DNA of 64,000 bases from Candidatus Levyibacteriota bacterium (GTDB taxonomy: Bacteria; Patescibacteriota; Microgenomatia; Levybacterales; UBA12049), in NCBI GenBank assembly GCA_016186645.1, contig JACPLF010000006.1, positions 46,312 through 110,311 on the forward strand, read 5' to 3'. How positions within the stretch are numbered: the first letter of the stretch is position 1; every line of letters starts with the position of its first letter. Below are positions 9,343-19,696 of this stretch, piece after piece. The translations under genes and the position numbers were made by a program. Below the pieces are notes generated by a model. It was not told where the DNA came from and ran no database searches. It saw only the letters and a list, made by a program, of their open reading frames with translations.

Positions 9343-10560
9343 ATGAAAAAAATAAAAATTTTGGTGGTAACGAGCTCTTTCCCGCGCAGTAAAGCCGATT
9401 GGTGGGGACAATTCATTTTAAAAATTTATGAGCATTTACCTAAAGATAGATTTGCAATAACTATTTTAGCTCCACATTCTCCAGGCGCTAAGTTAAAAGA
9501 AAATTTTGAAGATATTAACATTTTCAGATTTCCATATTTTTACCCCTTTTCCCAAGAAATCTTAACAACAGGAAGCGGTATCTTACATAGTAAAGGCAAT
9601 ATTCTTGCAAAAATACAGGTTTCCACTTTTTTATTATCAGAATTTGTTTACGTAATTTTTATTCTCTTAACAAAGAAATTTGATATAGTTCATTCGCATT
9701 GGATTCTGCCTCAGGGTTTTTTTGGAGTTATAGCAAAATATATATTTAAAATACCTTTAATTGTTACTATACATGGAAGCGATATCTTTGCATTAAAAAA
9801 ACTTAACCTTATTAAATCTTTTGTATTAAGAAAATCAACCATCGTTACCGCAAATAGTACTGCAACACAAAGAGAAGCTTACGCAGTTAGTTCTAATTCA
9901 AATCCACTTTTAATACCAGAAGGTGTAGATTTAAACGTATTCAATTCCAAGAAAAGGGACTTACAATGGAGAAAAAAAATGAATAATAATGACCAAATTA
10001 TTATTGCAGTGGGAAGGCTGATAAAGTGGAAGGGTTTTGACTATCTTATAAAGGCAATGCCTAAAATACTTAAAAAGTTTCCTAAAGTAAAACTTGTTAT
10101 TGTAGGTTCAGGTCCTGAAGAAATGAATTTAAAAAAAATTGTAGAATTTTTGGGATTAGATAAAAATGTTGTATTTTTAAAAAATGTATCTCATGACAAA
10201 CTTTCAGTGATGTATGCATCGAGCGATATTTTCGTGTCTCCATCAATAACGAATGAAGCTAGTGGAGAAAAAGAAGCATTGGGGATTGTTATTATAGAAG
10301 CGATTGCCTCAGGAATTCCGGTTGTTGCGAGCAATAGCGGTGGCATTAGAGATACTGTAGATGGCAAATCAACGGGATTTCTTGCAAAAGAAAAAGATCC
10401 TGATGATATAGCTCAAAAGACAACGGATTTACTATCTAATTTGAAAATTAGAAGAGAAATCATCAAAAAAGGCTTAAGACATGTTGAGAAAAGATATTCA
10501 TGGGATATTCTGGCAAAGAAATATAGTGACTTATATGAAAAATGCATGAAGTTGACATAA
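9343..10560 (+). CDS. Glycosyltransferase family 1 (GT4)
   Basis: EALGIVIIEAIASGIPVVASNSGGIRDTV motif. Confidence 0.85.
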   Translation: MKKIKILVVTSSFPRSKADWWGQFILKIYEHLPKDRFAITILAPHSPGAKLKENFEDINIFRFPYFYPFSQEILTTGSGILHSKGNILAKIQVSTFLLSEFVYVIFILLTKKFDIVHSHWILPQGFFGVIAKYIFKIPLIVTIHGSDIFALKKLNLIKSFVLRKSTIVTANSTATQREAYAVSSNSNPLLIPEGVDLNVFNSKKRDLQWRKKMNNNDQIIIAVGRLIKWKGFDYLIKAMPKILKKFPKVKLVIVGSGPEEMNLKKIVEFLGLDKNVVFLKNVSHDKLSVMYASSDIFVSPSITNEASGEKEALGIVIIEAIASGIPVVASNSGGIRDTVDGKSTGFLAKEKDPDDIAQKTTDLLSNLKIRREIIKKGLRHVEKRYSWDILAKKYSDLYEKCMKLT

Positions 10561-10605
10561 AGAAGCAGAATAACTACGATATATGCTGTTATTCAAAAAG
10601 CATAC

Positions 10606-11391
10606 ATGAGAGACAATAAGAAAACACGTGAGCGTATAACAGGAGAAGATAGCGGAAATTCAATTATTTTTAACCGCCATTTGGCAGCTTACAAATACGC
10701 TGCTTCTTATGTGGATAGGAAAAAAAGCGTATTGGATTTAGGCTGCAGTGATGGCTATGGAAGCTTTTTAATTGCAAAGATATCAAAGGAGACTGTTGCG
10801 CTAGATATTGATAAAAAGACAATCGAAGATGCAAGAAAAAAATACAGTATGGCAAACCTTAAGTTTGTTCTCGGGAACGCACTATCTTTAAAATGGAAAA
10901 ATAAATTTGATATTGTAGTGTCTTTTCAGGTTATTGAACATATCGAAGATGTAAATTTGTATCTTCACCAGATTAAAAAAGTTTTGAAAAAAGGAGGAAT
11001 TTTTATTCTTTCTACCCCAAACAGATTGCTCCGATTGAGAAACGGGGAAAAACCCTGGAATAAATTTCATATTCATGAATTCGAAAAGGAGGAATTAACG
11101 TCTTTTCTTAAAAAACATTTCTCAAAAATTGAAGCAATGGGATTGCATTCTTCAGAAGATATTTATGAAGCCGAGAGGAAAAGACTATACATAAGAAGGT
11201 TAATTGCGAAATTTGATTTATTTGATTTTTACTCGCATCTACCTCGTGAATTCACAGATAGGATTGTTGGGTTAATTAAAAAATTGACCTTAAGAAAAAA
11301 AGATAAAAAAACTACAAATCAAAATGATTTTTGGTTCAGCAAGGACAAGGTAGATATTTCCCTAGATTTACTGAGCGTATGCACAAAATAA
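10606..11391 (+). CDS. Class I SAM-dependent methyltransferase
   Basis: VLDLGCSDGYG motif I and a later LKKGGIFILSTPN block. Confidence 0.8.
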   Translation: MRDNKKTRERITGEDSGNSIIFNRHLAAYKYAASYVDRKKSVLDLGCSDGYGSFLIAKISKETVALDIDKKTIEDARKKYSMANLKFVLGNALSLKWKNKFDIVVSFQVIEHIEDVNLYLHQIKKVLKKGGIFILSTPNRLLRLRNGEKPWNKFHIHEFEKEELTSFLKKHFSKIEAMGLHSSEDIYEAERKRLYIRRLIAKFDLFDFYSHLPREFTDRIVGLIKKLTLRKKDKKTTNQNDFWFSKDKVDISLDLLSVCTK

Positions 11392-11415
11392 ATACATATC
11401 AAGGTTTTTAGCTTT

Positions 11416-12597
11416 ATGGTCAAATTAATTAAGTCTACTTTTTATAATGAATATAATACGAAAGAAAAATTGTGTGAATTTATTAAAAATGCTAAGCAGC
11501 TTAGTTTTGGGACAGAGTGCGAGAAGTTTGAACAAAATTTTGCTAAGTGGCAGAAAAGAAAGCATTGTATATTTTTGAATAGCGGAAGTTCCGCCAACTT
11601 AGCTATAGTTCAAGCGCTTCTGAATGAAGGTAGCATCAAAAAAGGGGATAATGTCGGGTTTTCAGCTCTCACCTGGTCCACAAATGTGATGCCAATAATT
11701 CAATTGGGATTGAATGCGATACCCATAGATGTCGAGTTAAACACTTTAAATGTTTCCAGCAGAATGCTTAGAGAAGTTATTGAAAAACATTCTTTGAAGA
11801 TGCTATTTATTACTAATCTTCTTGGATTTTGCGACGACATAGATGAAATAAGAAAAATTTGCGATGAAAAGAAAATAATTTTTATAGAGGATAACTGTGA
11901 ATCGTTAGGTACAGTTTACAAAGGAAAATTATTGGGCAATTATGGGATAGCTTCTACATTTTCCTTTTATGTCGGGCACCACATGTCTACGATTGAGGGC
12001 GGAGCAGTTTGTACTGATGATGATAAGCTTGCAACCATGCTTCGCTTGGTTAGGGCGCATGGGTGGGATCGTAATTTAAGCCAAGAACAGCAATTAAAAA
12101 TTAGAAACAAGTTTAAAGTTAACTCCACATTTTACTCAAGGTATACGTTCTACAATTTGGGTTATAATCTACGGCCAACAGAAATAAATGGACTTATCGG
12201 TAATTTACAAATTAAGTACCTTACAGAAATTATAGAGATAAGAAGCAAAAATTTTTTTGATTTATCGTTGCCTATTTATAAGCAGGAAAATAAGTATTTT
12301 ACGATTAAATATAAACATATCGATTTCCTTTCTAGCTTCGCTATTCCTGTAATATGCAAGAGTCAAAAAATAAGAGACGAATTGGTTGAAAAATGCAAAG
12401 ATAAGATTGAGATCAGGCCAATTGTAGGTGGAGATATGACAAGACAGCCTTTCTTCATGAAGTACATGAAGAAATATGCAGATTCATTTAATGACTCAAA
12501 TGCTAAGTTAGTGCATGATCAGGGGTTATATTTCGGCAACAATCCTGAGCTAACATCTGAAGAAAAGAAAATAATTTTAGACGTATTTACTAAGTAG
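11416..12597 (+). CDS. DegT/DnrJ/EryC1-family enzyme with His replacing the PLP lysine: putative PMP-dependent nucleotide-sugar 3-dehydratase (ColD/E1-like)
   Basis: SFYVGHHMSTIEGG in place of the canonical SF..K..GEGG; 393 aa; no C-terminal Cys cluster. Confidence 0.65.
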   Translation: MVKLIKSTFYNEYNTKEKLCEFIKNAKQLSFGTECEKFEQNFAKWQKRKHCIFLNSGSSANLAIVQALLNEGSIKKGDNVGFSALTWSTNVMPIIQLGLNAIPIDVELNTLNVSSRMLREVIEKHSLKMLFITNLLGFCDDIDEIRKICDEKKIIFIEDNCESLGTVYKGKLLGNYGIASTFSFYVGHHMSTIEGGAVCTDDDKLATMLRLVRAHGWDRNLSQEQQLKIRNKFKVNSTFYSRYTFYNLGYNLRPTEINGLIGNLQIKYLTEIIEIRSKNFFDLSLPIYKQENKYFTIKYKHIDFLSSFAIPVICKSQKIRDELVEKCKDKIEIRPIVGGDMTRQPFFMKYMKKYADSFNDSNAKLVHDQGLYFGNNPELTSEEKKIILDVFTK

Positions 12598-13507
12598 GTC
12601 GGTCTTTTTTCTTTTGCGCAAGGTAATATGTGACCATTTCCGCAATTAGCCCTGTTGATAAAAGCTGCACTCCTAAAAGCATGAAGAATACTCCAGCAAT
12701 CAAAAGGGGAATCTTACCTTGAGTTGTGCCTGTTGTTAATTTGACATAAGTTACGTAAGCATCCATTAAAAAACCGGCAGAAAAAAGTGAAAGTCCTATT
12801 ACGCCGAAAAAATGTGCAGGTTTTGCAGCAAAGTCGCTTATAAAGATCGCAGTCAGAAGATCTAAAATGCCTCTCCAGCTTCTCCCAAAACCAAATTTGG
12901 ATTTCCCATATTTTCTTAACCTATTATTGACTTGAATTTCCGTAACCTTATATTTCTTTTTTGCTGCCAATATAGGGATGAATCTGTGTAGCTCGCCATA
13001 AATACTTAACTCGTCCGCAACTTCTTTTCTCAATATTTTTAGTCCACAATTAAAATCATGTAATTCTACTCCGGATAGAAATGCGGAGCCCTTATTAAAC
13101 AATATGCTTGAAATTTTCTTGGATAATGTATCTGCTCTTTTTTTCCTCCATCCATTAACCAGATCGTATCCTTCTTCTAATTTGGCGATTAGTTTTGGGA
13201 TATCCATAGGATCGTCTTGCAAGTCTGCATCCATCGCGATAATTACCTCTCCCGTTGCTTCTCCAAACCCGGTGGATAGAGCCAATGATTTGCCAAAGTT
13301 TGCTCTAAAAGTAATAAGCTTAATATTGTTGTTGGTTTTTTGAAGCTCAGCAATTATCTTACTTGAATTATCTTCGGATCCATCGTCAATAAAAATAATC
13401 TCATAAGGCTTGTTAAGTTTTTTTAAAGCTTTTGCTAGCTCATTGTGGAGTGTAGGAAGAGACTGAGCTTCGTCTTTTAAAGGGATTACTATGGAATAGG
13501 CAATCAT
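12590..13507 (-). CDS. Polyprenyl-phosphate glycosyltransferase (GT2, GtrB/ArnC/DPM1-like) with C-terminal transmembrane hairpin
   Basis: IVIPLKDE...IIFIDDGSED...DADLQDDP plus two C-terminal hydrophobic helices. Confidence 0.8.
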   Translation of the reverse strand: MIAYSIVIPLKDEAQSLPTLHNELAKALKKLNKPYEIIFIDDGSEDNSSKIIAELQKTNNNIKLITFRANFGKSLALSTGFGEATGEVIIAMDADLQDDPMDIPKLIAKLEEGYDLVNGWRKKRADTLSKKISSILFNKGSAFLSGVELHDFNCGLKILRKEVADELSIYGELHRFIPILAAKKKYKVTEIQVNNRLRKYGKSKFGFGRSWRGILDLLTAIFISDFAAKPAHFFGVIGLSLFSAGFLMDAYVTYVKLTTGTTQGKIPLLIAGVFFMLLGVQLLSTGLIAEMVTYYLAQKKKDRPT

Positions 13508-14133
13508 TGTTTGTTGTAGTATTTTTTATTTTGGAGTTTTTCTATGGTTTGCAAATTTGTCTTTGAAAAATTGACTACAATAATAAACGTTTTTTGGTTC
13601 TGAGCTGGAACTCTTTCTATTAGCGTACCAAGAACCTCCTGATGTTTTCTGGAAGCAGTTTTTAACTTATTAAACAAGTCATCGTTTGGTTTTTCTGACA
13701 TTTTTTTAAGCTCGTATGTTACAAGAGTCATATTGTGTTCTGCTTTTAATGCTGTTTGCTCTGCCAGCGCAACTTTGTTTTTATCTATCAGCATAGCTGT
13801 AGCCAATATGCCCTTATCTGCCTGCAATAGGTAAAATTCAATCCTCTTATACTGATCGCTTATGAGCACTATGCTTATTTTGTCTCTTAGGACTTTCAAT
13901 TTATACAGGGGATTATCAGGCAAAATACCGGGGAAAGCCAGATCGTAGTCTATTTTAGCGATCTCCATTTTAGGGTCAGCTGATTCAGTTTCCATTGAGT
14001 TTTGCTCCTTAGCTTCAGCCGAGATTGCAAAAAACAGAGAAAAAACGACAAAAACCAATATGAATAAATTCAATTTACGCACATTTTGAGTATAGTCTAA
14101 TACGATGAAAGTGTCAACATCTCTATTTGACAA
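13504..14133 (-). CDS. Secreted or membrane-anchored hypothetical protein (DUF5667-like)
   Basis: N-terminal hydrophobic helix, then PGILPDNPLYKLK and coiled-coil-like Ala/Lys/Glu-rich sequence. Confidence 0.4.
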   Translation of the reverse strand: MSNRDVDTFIVLDYTQNVRKLNLFILVFVVFSLFFAISAEAKEQNSMETESADPKMEIAKIDYDLAFPGILPDNPLYKLKVLRDKISIVLISDQYKRIEFYLLQADKGILATAMLIDKNKVALAEQTALKAEHNMTLVTYELKKMSEKPNDDLFNKLKTASRKHQEVLGTLIERVPAQNQKTFIIVVNFSKTNLQTIEKLQNKKYYNKQ

Positions 14134-15109
14134 GGTCTTTTAAATAGTTTTGAGTAAAATATTCAACGCCTTTTACATTTAAGTGTTCACGGTCCCAATA
14201 AAACTCCTGTTTTTGCATTTCTAGTGCGAAATCAAAATACTCTGTTTTGTATTTCTTTTTAAGCTCGGACAGTAACTTTATCACATTATCATGTCCGGGC
14301 ATTTCTCCCATAAGAGTGGGTGGTATTATGAAGGAAATTGCTGCATCATTCTTTTTTGCTAACAATATAATTTGTTCGACATGCTTTGAATACTTTGAGA
14401 AATTTTTATCACTTAACCCCTCATTATATGATATTTCCAGTCTTTGTTTATCTTCAGCTTGGTTAGCTAGCTGTTGTTCTTCCGGAGTCTTCTGAGCCAT
14501 TCGCGCTTCTCTTTTTCCAGCCTCAACCTTAGCAGAGTCCTCACTAGGAATTTCTTTATTGTCAGGTTGTAGATTTTCTACGGGTTTAATTTTCTCAGGG
14601 GATATAGTTTTAGGCATTAGCAGTTCCCTCATAAATTTATCAGAATTGTCTGTCAACTTATCTCTAAAGTAATTAAATACCACTTTTGTACTCACTTTGT
14701 TTTCGATTAGCTTAGAGAGGTATGAGTATTCGATTCCTTCCTGTTGAAGAATATAATTATCCTCATTCCAGCGAGACGAATAAAGCGCCCACGGATCTAA
14801 AAAATAAATAACTTGATTAGTTTTATTGTTTGCCTCAAAAAAACAAGTGAGAAATATTTTTTCCGGAACAACACCAGCAGCTCCTGTTGCCAAATTTTTC
14901 ATTTTTTTCTGTATAATTTTTTCTACTATGTGATCGTAAAATACTTGTGTATGTGATGTTCCCATTAGTAAGAAATCATATTCTCCGTTTCTAGGAGCTG
15001 TACAAGCAGATTCAAGGAAAGACTTGTTGTATAAAAGGTACATAATCACATTGTAGATAACGATATTAACTACCATTAGAATTAAAACTTTTAAAATAAA
15101 TCTTTTCAT
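14123..15109 (-). CDS. DltD/SGNH-like membrane-anchored acyltransferase partner protein (putative)
   Basis: N-terminal TM, GTSH (GDS-like) block, C-terminal DREHLNVKG (DxxH) block; sits directly downstream of the MBOAT gene. Confidence 0.45.
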   Translation of the reverse strand: MKRFILKVLILMVVNIVIYNVIMYLLYNKSFLESACTAPRNGEYDFLLMGTSHTQVFYDHIVEKIIQKKMKNLATGAAGVVPEKIFLTCFFEANNKTNQVIYFLDPWALYSSRWNEDNYILQQEGIEYSYLSKLIENKVSTKVVFNYFRDKLTDNSDKFMRELLMPKTISPEKIKPVENLQPDNKEIPSEDSAKVEAGKREARMAQKTPEEQQLANQAEDKQRLEISYNEGLSDKNFSKYSKHVEQIILLAKKNDAAISFIIPPTLMGEMPGHDNVIKLLSELKKKYKTEYFDFALEMQKQEFYWDREHLNVKGVEYFTQNYLKDLVK

Positions 15110-15114
15110 TTCGC

Positions 15115-16614
15115 TTAAAATGCAAAATAGATAAACTGTTTTTTTGCAAATTCACCAAACGTCATAATGGTCCAAAATAAAAATGAATAAGCTGTCCAGC
15201 GGATATAGAAAGGTTTTTTAGACAAATATCCCCACATATCGCCATTTCTTTGAAAGAAATATACCGTCTGCATTACAATAATTGCAAAAGTTACAATTGC
15301 CAAATCGCTAATGCCTCGTGTGGCTAGTATTGGTTTTGCGATTGTCTCCAGCGGCAAAGCATTATACGCTGCCGTATACGAGACTGCGTCTTGAATATAT
15401 GAATCCAGACCTTTGAATAAATGAGTAGAAATATAATTAGCATCCAATACATCTTTTGCTCTGAAAAATATCCAGGCAAAACTTACAAGACAGAAAGTAG
15501 CAGCAATTTGGATCAAATATGTAATTTTCCACTTCATAATTTCGACCCCCAGAGAAAATGCATTCATAAAATTACCAAATAGTGTAGAAACAATAATATA
15601 AATTCCGTGCAATGTCCCCCAAATTATAAAAGTCCAATTCGCTCCGTGCCAAAGTCCGCTTAAAATAAAAGTTATAAGCACATTAATTGCCCACCTAATC
15701 TTTGGAACTTTATTTCCTCCAAGCGGAATATATATGTAGTCTCTAAGCCATGAGGAGAGCGATATGTGCCATCTTCTCCAAAAATCAGAAGGTGAATTGG
15801 CAAAATACGGACTGTTAAAGTTATTTATCAGCCTAAAACCTAAGACTTGGGCTGTTCCAACTGCAATGTCTGAGTATCCGGAGAAGTCGCAGTAAATTTG
15901 ATAGGAAAAAAGAATTGTTGCAAATACAAAGGATATTCCCGACTGAGCTACCGGATTATTGTTATAAATTGGATCTACGAAAAGAGCTAACCTATCTGCA
16001 ATTACTACTTTCTTAAAAAATCCCCATGCGATTAATTTGATTCCGTTGGTCACTCTTTCATAGTCGAAATAATGTTTTTCTCTAAATTGATGAAGCAAAT
16101 GCTGAGGTCTTTCAATAGGTCCTGCAACCAGCTGAGGGAAAAACATTACATATAGTGCGTAATGGAAAAAATTCTTCTCAGGTTTTTGTTTTCTTTTGTA
16201 GACTTCTATTGTGTAGCTCATTGCCTGAAAGGTATGGAAAGAAAGTCCTAAGGGAAGCAGAATAGATAGTGTTGGGAAATCATGCGACATCTTAAGAAAA
16301 TTAAATATATAAGAAATACTGTCAAAAACGAAATTAAAATATTTAAAATAAAAAAGTATCCCAAGGTTAGCAACAAGGCTTAATAATAAATATATTTTTC
16401 TTTTTATTCCTCCTTCTTTTGCGATAAAAAATGCCGCAAAATAATCAACTATTATTAAAAAGAAAAGTATAAATATGTATTCAACCTTGAAAGTCATGTA
16501 GAAGATAGAACTTGCTATCAAAAGGAAAATCACCCTAAGTTTATGTGGAAGAAGGAAATATAGAAGAACTACGAGTGGGAAAAATATTAAAAATTCAAAA
16601 GAATTAAATAGCAT
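15115..16614 (-). CDS. MBOAT-family membrane O-acyltransferase (AlgI/DltB/PatA-like)
   Basis: RRWHISLSSWLRDYIYIPLGG with the conserved His, WHGANWTF, and multiple TMs. Confidence 0.9.
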   Translation of the reverse strand: MLFNSFEFLIFFPLVVLLYFLLPHKLRVIFLLIASSIFYMTFKVEYIFILFFLIIVDYFAAFFIAKEGGIKRKIYLLLSLVANLGILFYFKYFNFVFDSISYIFNFLKMSHDFPTLSILLPLGLSFHTFQAMSYTIEVYKRKQKPEKNFFHYALYVMFFPQLVAGPIERPQHLLHQFREKHYFDYERVTNGIKLIAWGFFKKVVIADRLALFVDPIYNNNPVAQSGISFVFATILFSYQIYCDFSGYSDIAVGTAQVLGFRLINNFNSPYFANSPSDFWRRWHISLSSWLRDYIYIPLGGNKVPKIRWAINVLITFILSGLWHGANWTFIIWGTLHGIYIIVSTLFGNFMNAFSLGVEIMKWKITYLIQIAATFCLVSFAWIFFRAKDVLDANYISTHLFKGLDSYIQDAVSYTAAYNALPLETIAKPILATRGISDLAIVTFAIIVMQTVYFFQRNGDMWGYLSKKPFYIRWTAYSFLFWTIMTFGEFAKKQFIYFAF

Positions 16615-16625
16615 AATTTGGAGAA

Positions 16626-17348
16626 TTAATTAGACATTTTTATTCTGATAATTCCTAGCAGTGCAGACACAAATTCTTTTACTCCCGCACTAGACTTACC
16701 ATAAGTTCTATCTGTGAAATTAATGGGTACTTCGGCAATTTTAAAGCCATTCTTTTTTAATCTAAAGGCAATTTCGGAGAGAGCAATAAAACCTTTTTCT
16801 CTTAGTTTTATTTTTGTTAAAAATTCCACAGATTTTCTGTTGTAGAGTCTGAAGCCGTTGGTATAATCACTGATTTTAAGACCCAGCCAGATATTTATAA
16901 AACTGTTGATTATTTTGCTCAATATTAGCCTTTTTAGAGGCCATTTAATTATTTTGCTTTCTTCTAAGTATCGTGACCCAATAACTAGATCTGCTTCTTT
17001 AGATTTTATGGTACCCAAAAATTTACTAAAATCTTCGGGATCATGAGCCATATCCGCATCCATTTCAAAAAAATATTTTATTTGCTTATTTTTAAACATT
17101 TCTCTGAAACCTGTTATTATCGCACTGCCTCTGCCCATTTTTTTAAATCTTGAAATTAGAATAACTTTATTTTTTAATTGCGAATCGGATTTAAGTAGTC
17201 TTTTTAGTTTTAGATTATTTTCGATTTTAGAATCATCAACGACTATTATTTTTGCATCCGGCAAAAAAGATAATATTTTTTTTGTAAGTAAGGAAATATT
17301 CTTTGTTTCGTTAAACGAGGGGATGATAACGCCAACAGATAATTTCAT
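16626..17348 (-). CDS. Glycosyltransferase family 2
   Basis: GVIIPSFNE...IIVVDDS GT-A motifs. Confidence 0.8.
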   Translation of the reverse strand: MKLSVGVIIPSFNETKNISLLTKKILSFLPDAKIIVVDDSKIENNLKLKRLLKSDSQLKNKVILISRFKKMGRGSAIITGFREMFKNKQIKYFFEMDADMAHDPEDFSKFLGTIKSKEADLVIGSRYLEESKIIKWPLKRLILSKIINSFINIWLGLKISDYTNGFRLYNRKSVEFLTKIKLREKGFIALSEIAFRLKKNGFKIAEVPINFTDRTYGKSSAGVKEFVSALLGIIRIKMSN

Positions 17349-17402
17349 TATAATACGCTTGATTATACCACCTTTTTTGCGAAATGAGCTATAATATCTG
17401 AA

Positions 17403-19658
17403 ATGAGTAAAGCAAAAGAAATTATATTAGCACCCTCCAATTATTTATTAATATCCATTTTCCTTTTAGCCATATTCCTGAGATTTTTAGGTGTCAATCC
17501 CGGTTTTCCCCCTAACCATCCGGATGAGCCTACTATTTACGGTTCAGTTAGACAGCTGATATTATCCGGAGAATTTAAGCCGGTTCTTTATTCATATGGA
17601 GGTCTTCTCTACGAGTTATATGCAATTATTATAGCCGCATTATTCATTCCATTATCTTTCTTAGGTTTTCTTGTGTCCCACTTAAAAGAATTTATGAATA
17701 GCGGGGTTGCCGGGTTTATAGAGGAATACAGGCATTCTCAATTATTGTCAGGCCAAAATTTTTTGTATTGGACAAGGTATCTTAATGCATTTTTTGGGTC
17801 TCTTGCCGTAATTGCAGTATATCTTCTTGGGAAAAAATTGTTTGGTAAATCTGTGGGACTAGTTGCTGCTTTTTTGTTAGCTGTAAATTATAGACACGTT
17901 GTAAGTAGCGTCCTTGTTTTAGCGGATGCGCCGGTATCTTTTTTTGCACTACTTTCTATCATATTAAGTTTTAATTTAATCAAAAATAGATCAATGAAAT
18001 CTTATTTATTGGCAGGTATTGGTTTGGGACTGTCGCTATCTGTAAAATATTTTGTATACGTTATTCCGTTTTTTTTCCTGTGTCATTTGCTAAGTGTATT
18101 TGACAGAAGAAACTTAGCTCTTAATAAAAAAATATTTCTACTTTTTATCTCAAAAAATTTGCTACTTTCTTTAGGTATTTTTGCGATTACTTTTTTTATA
18201 ATAAATCCTTTTATTTTTTTAGATTCTAAAAATTTCCTGACTGAATATAGTTATGATTCCCAGAGGTTTGGAGTCACTTCTCCAATTTCAATTTTATTAA
18301 ACTATGATTACCACCGATCTTTAGTCGGACTATATTACCTTATAAGATATGCAATAGGAGATTGGCTAAGCCTTGCAATTATAGTCGGTTTTTTTTATTC
18401 GGCGATAAGAGGTTTTAAAAATACACTTATTTTGTCATTTGTAATAATCCCATTTTTGATCGTGTTTTTGGTCATAGCTGCTCCCTCATCCGCTAGATAC
18501 TATACGGCAATTATGCCCTTGCTATTGCTTTTTCCATCGTTTCTCATAATAGATATTTTAAGATTTGTTAAACCCAAGTTTTTAAAAATAACGTTAACTA
18601 TTGTTGTCATTTTTGCTCTTGCTGCACCATCAATAAAAAATAGTTTTCTGACTGCCCTTTATTTTTCTTGGCCCCAAAATCAAGTTTTGGCAGACAAATG
18701 GCTGGCGGAAAACTTATCTGAAGAAAGTGTGGTTGCCGTTTCTGCCGTTTCTTTGCCCCTAACAAAAAATATCAAAGAGATTGATATTAACCCTGCCGGT
18801 GCCACGACCTTAATGTCTATGGAGGAGCTTAAGAAAAATAATGCTCAATGGATAGTGGTTAGCTCTTTTTTTACTTCTTCTGCTAACGCTCAGGCATGGA
18901 TAAATAGCAATTTGGTCAAAGAAATGTTTTTTAATGATGATTTATTCTGGAAGTTAATAAATAATACATATATAAGCCTTACATTGAATGATGTTGGAGC
19001 ATATCGGGTGAAGGAATTTGTTAAGCCCTTTTGGCAATCTCCTGATAGAGCAATTATTATTGCAAAAATGCCGGATTTTTGGAAAATAAGAAAAGATAAA
19101 TTGATATATGATTATAAATTCAATAATGCTAAAGATAGAGAGCTTTTTTTGAAAGTCTCATTTATCGGAGAAGAAGAATTACCATCATTTTCCCCTGAGG
19201 TCGGACACGATAATTTTGGGAGTCTGTATTTAGAGTCAACAGAATGTCAAGCCCAAACAAGATTTTCTTCTAAGAGTTTTTCTGTTGATCCAGGAAAATG
19301 GTATTCGGCAATTGGTTTTGGAAAAAGAGAAAGTAATCCGATTTACTCAGGCTATAAGGATGGATTTTTGAGATTAGATTTTTATTCGGAAAATAACACA
19401 AAGCTTAAAGCATATGTTTCCAGACTTCTTGAATCCAGTGAGGATTGGCAGGAGCTAACGCTTGCAGGTCTTTCGCCGGCAGATTCCAAATATGGGAGAT
19501 TAAGTTTTCAGCTGGATAAATGTTTCCCCGGAGAAAAATATTTTATTGATGATTTACAGATATTTTCGTCTGATGAAGTCAAAAGTATAAATATTAAAGA
19601 ATATCCTTTCTATGATAAAGGGGTTCCTGAGAATTTGCTTTGGCTTCCTGAATTATAG
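17403..19658 (+). CDS. GT-C-type polytopic membrane glycosyltransferase-like protein (ArnT/PMT-like) with about 300 aa C-terminal soluble domain
   Basis: 751 aa; N-terminal half has more than 10 hydrophobic segments and a DE-containing first loop (NHPDEPTIYG). Confidence 0.6.
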   Translation: MSKAKEIILAPSNYLLISIFLLAIFLRFLGVNPGFPPNHPDEPTIYGSVRQLILSGEFKPVLYSYGGLLYELYAIIIAALFIPLSFLGFLVSHLKEFMNSGVAGFIEEYRHSQLLSGQNFLYWTRYLNAFFGSLAVIAVYLLGKKLFGKSVGLVAAFLLAVNYRHVVSSVLVLADAPVSFFALLSIILSFNLIKNRSMKSYLLAGIGLGLSLSVKYFVYVIPFFFLCHLLSVFDRRNLALNKKIFLLFISKNLLLSLGIFAITFFIINPFIFLDSKNFLTEYSYDSQRFGVTSPISILLNYDYHRSLVGLYYLIRYAIGDWLSLAIIVGFFYSAIRGFKNTLILSFVIIPFLIVFLVIAAPSSARYYTAIMPLLLLFPSFLIIDILRFVKPKFLKITLTIVVIFALAAPSIKNSFLTALYFSWPQNQVLADKWLAENLSEESVVAVSAVSLPLTKNIKEIDINPAGATTLMSMEELKKNNAQWIVVSSFFTSSANAQAWINSNLVKEMFFNDDLFWKLINNTYISLTLNDVGAYRVKEFVKPFWQSPDRAIIIAKMPDFWKIRKDKLIYDYKFNNAKDRELFLKVSFIGEEELPSFSPEVGHDNFGSLYLESTECQAQTRFSSKSFSVDPGKWYSAIGFGKRESNPIYSGYKDGFLRLDFYSENNTKLKAYVSRLLESSEDWQELTLAGLSPADSKYGRLSFQLDKCFPGEKYFIDDLQIFSSDEVKSINIKEYPFYDKGVPENLLWLPEL

Positions 19659-19696
19659 ATAAATTGATCTTATTTTGTTACAATCATTAAGCCTAT

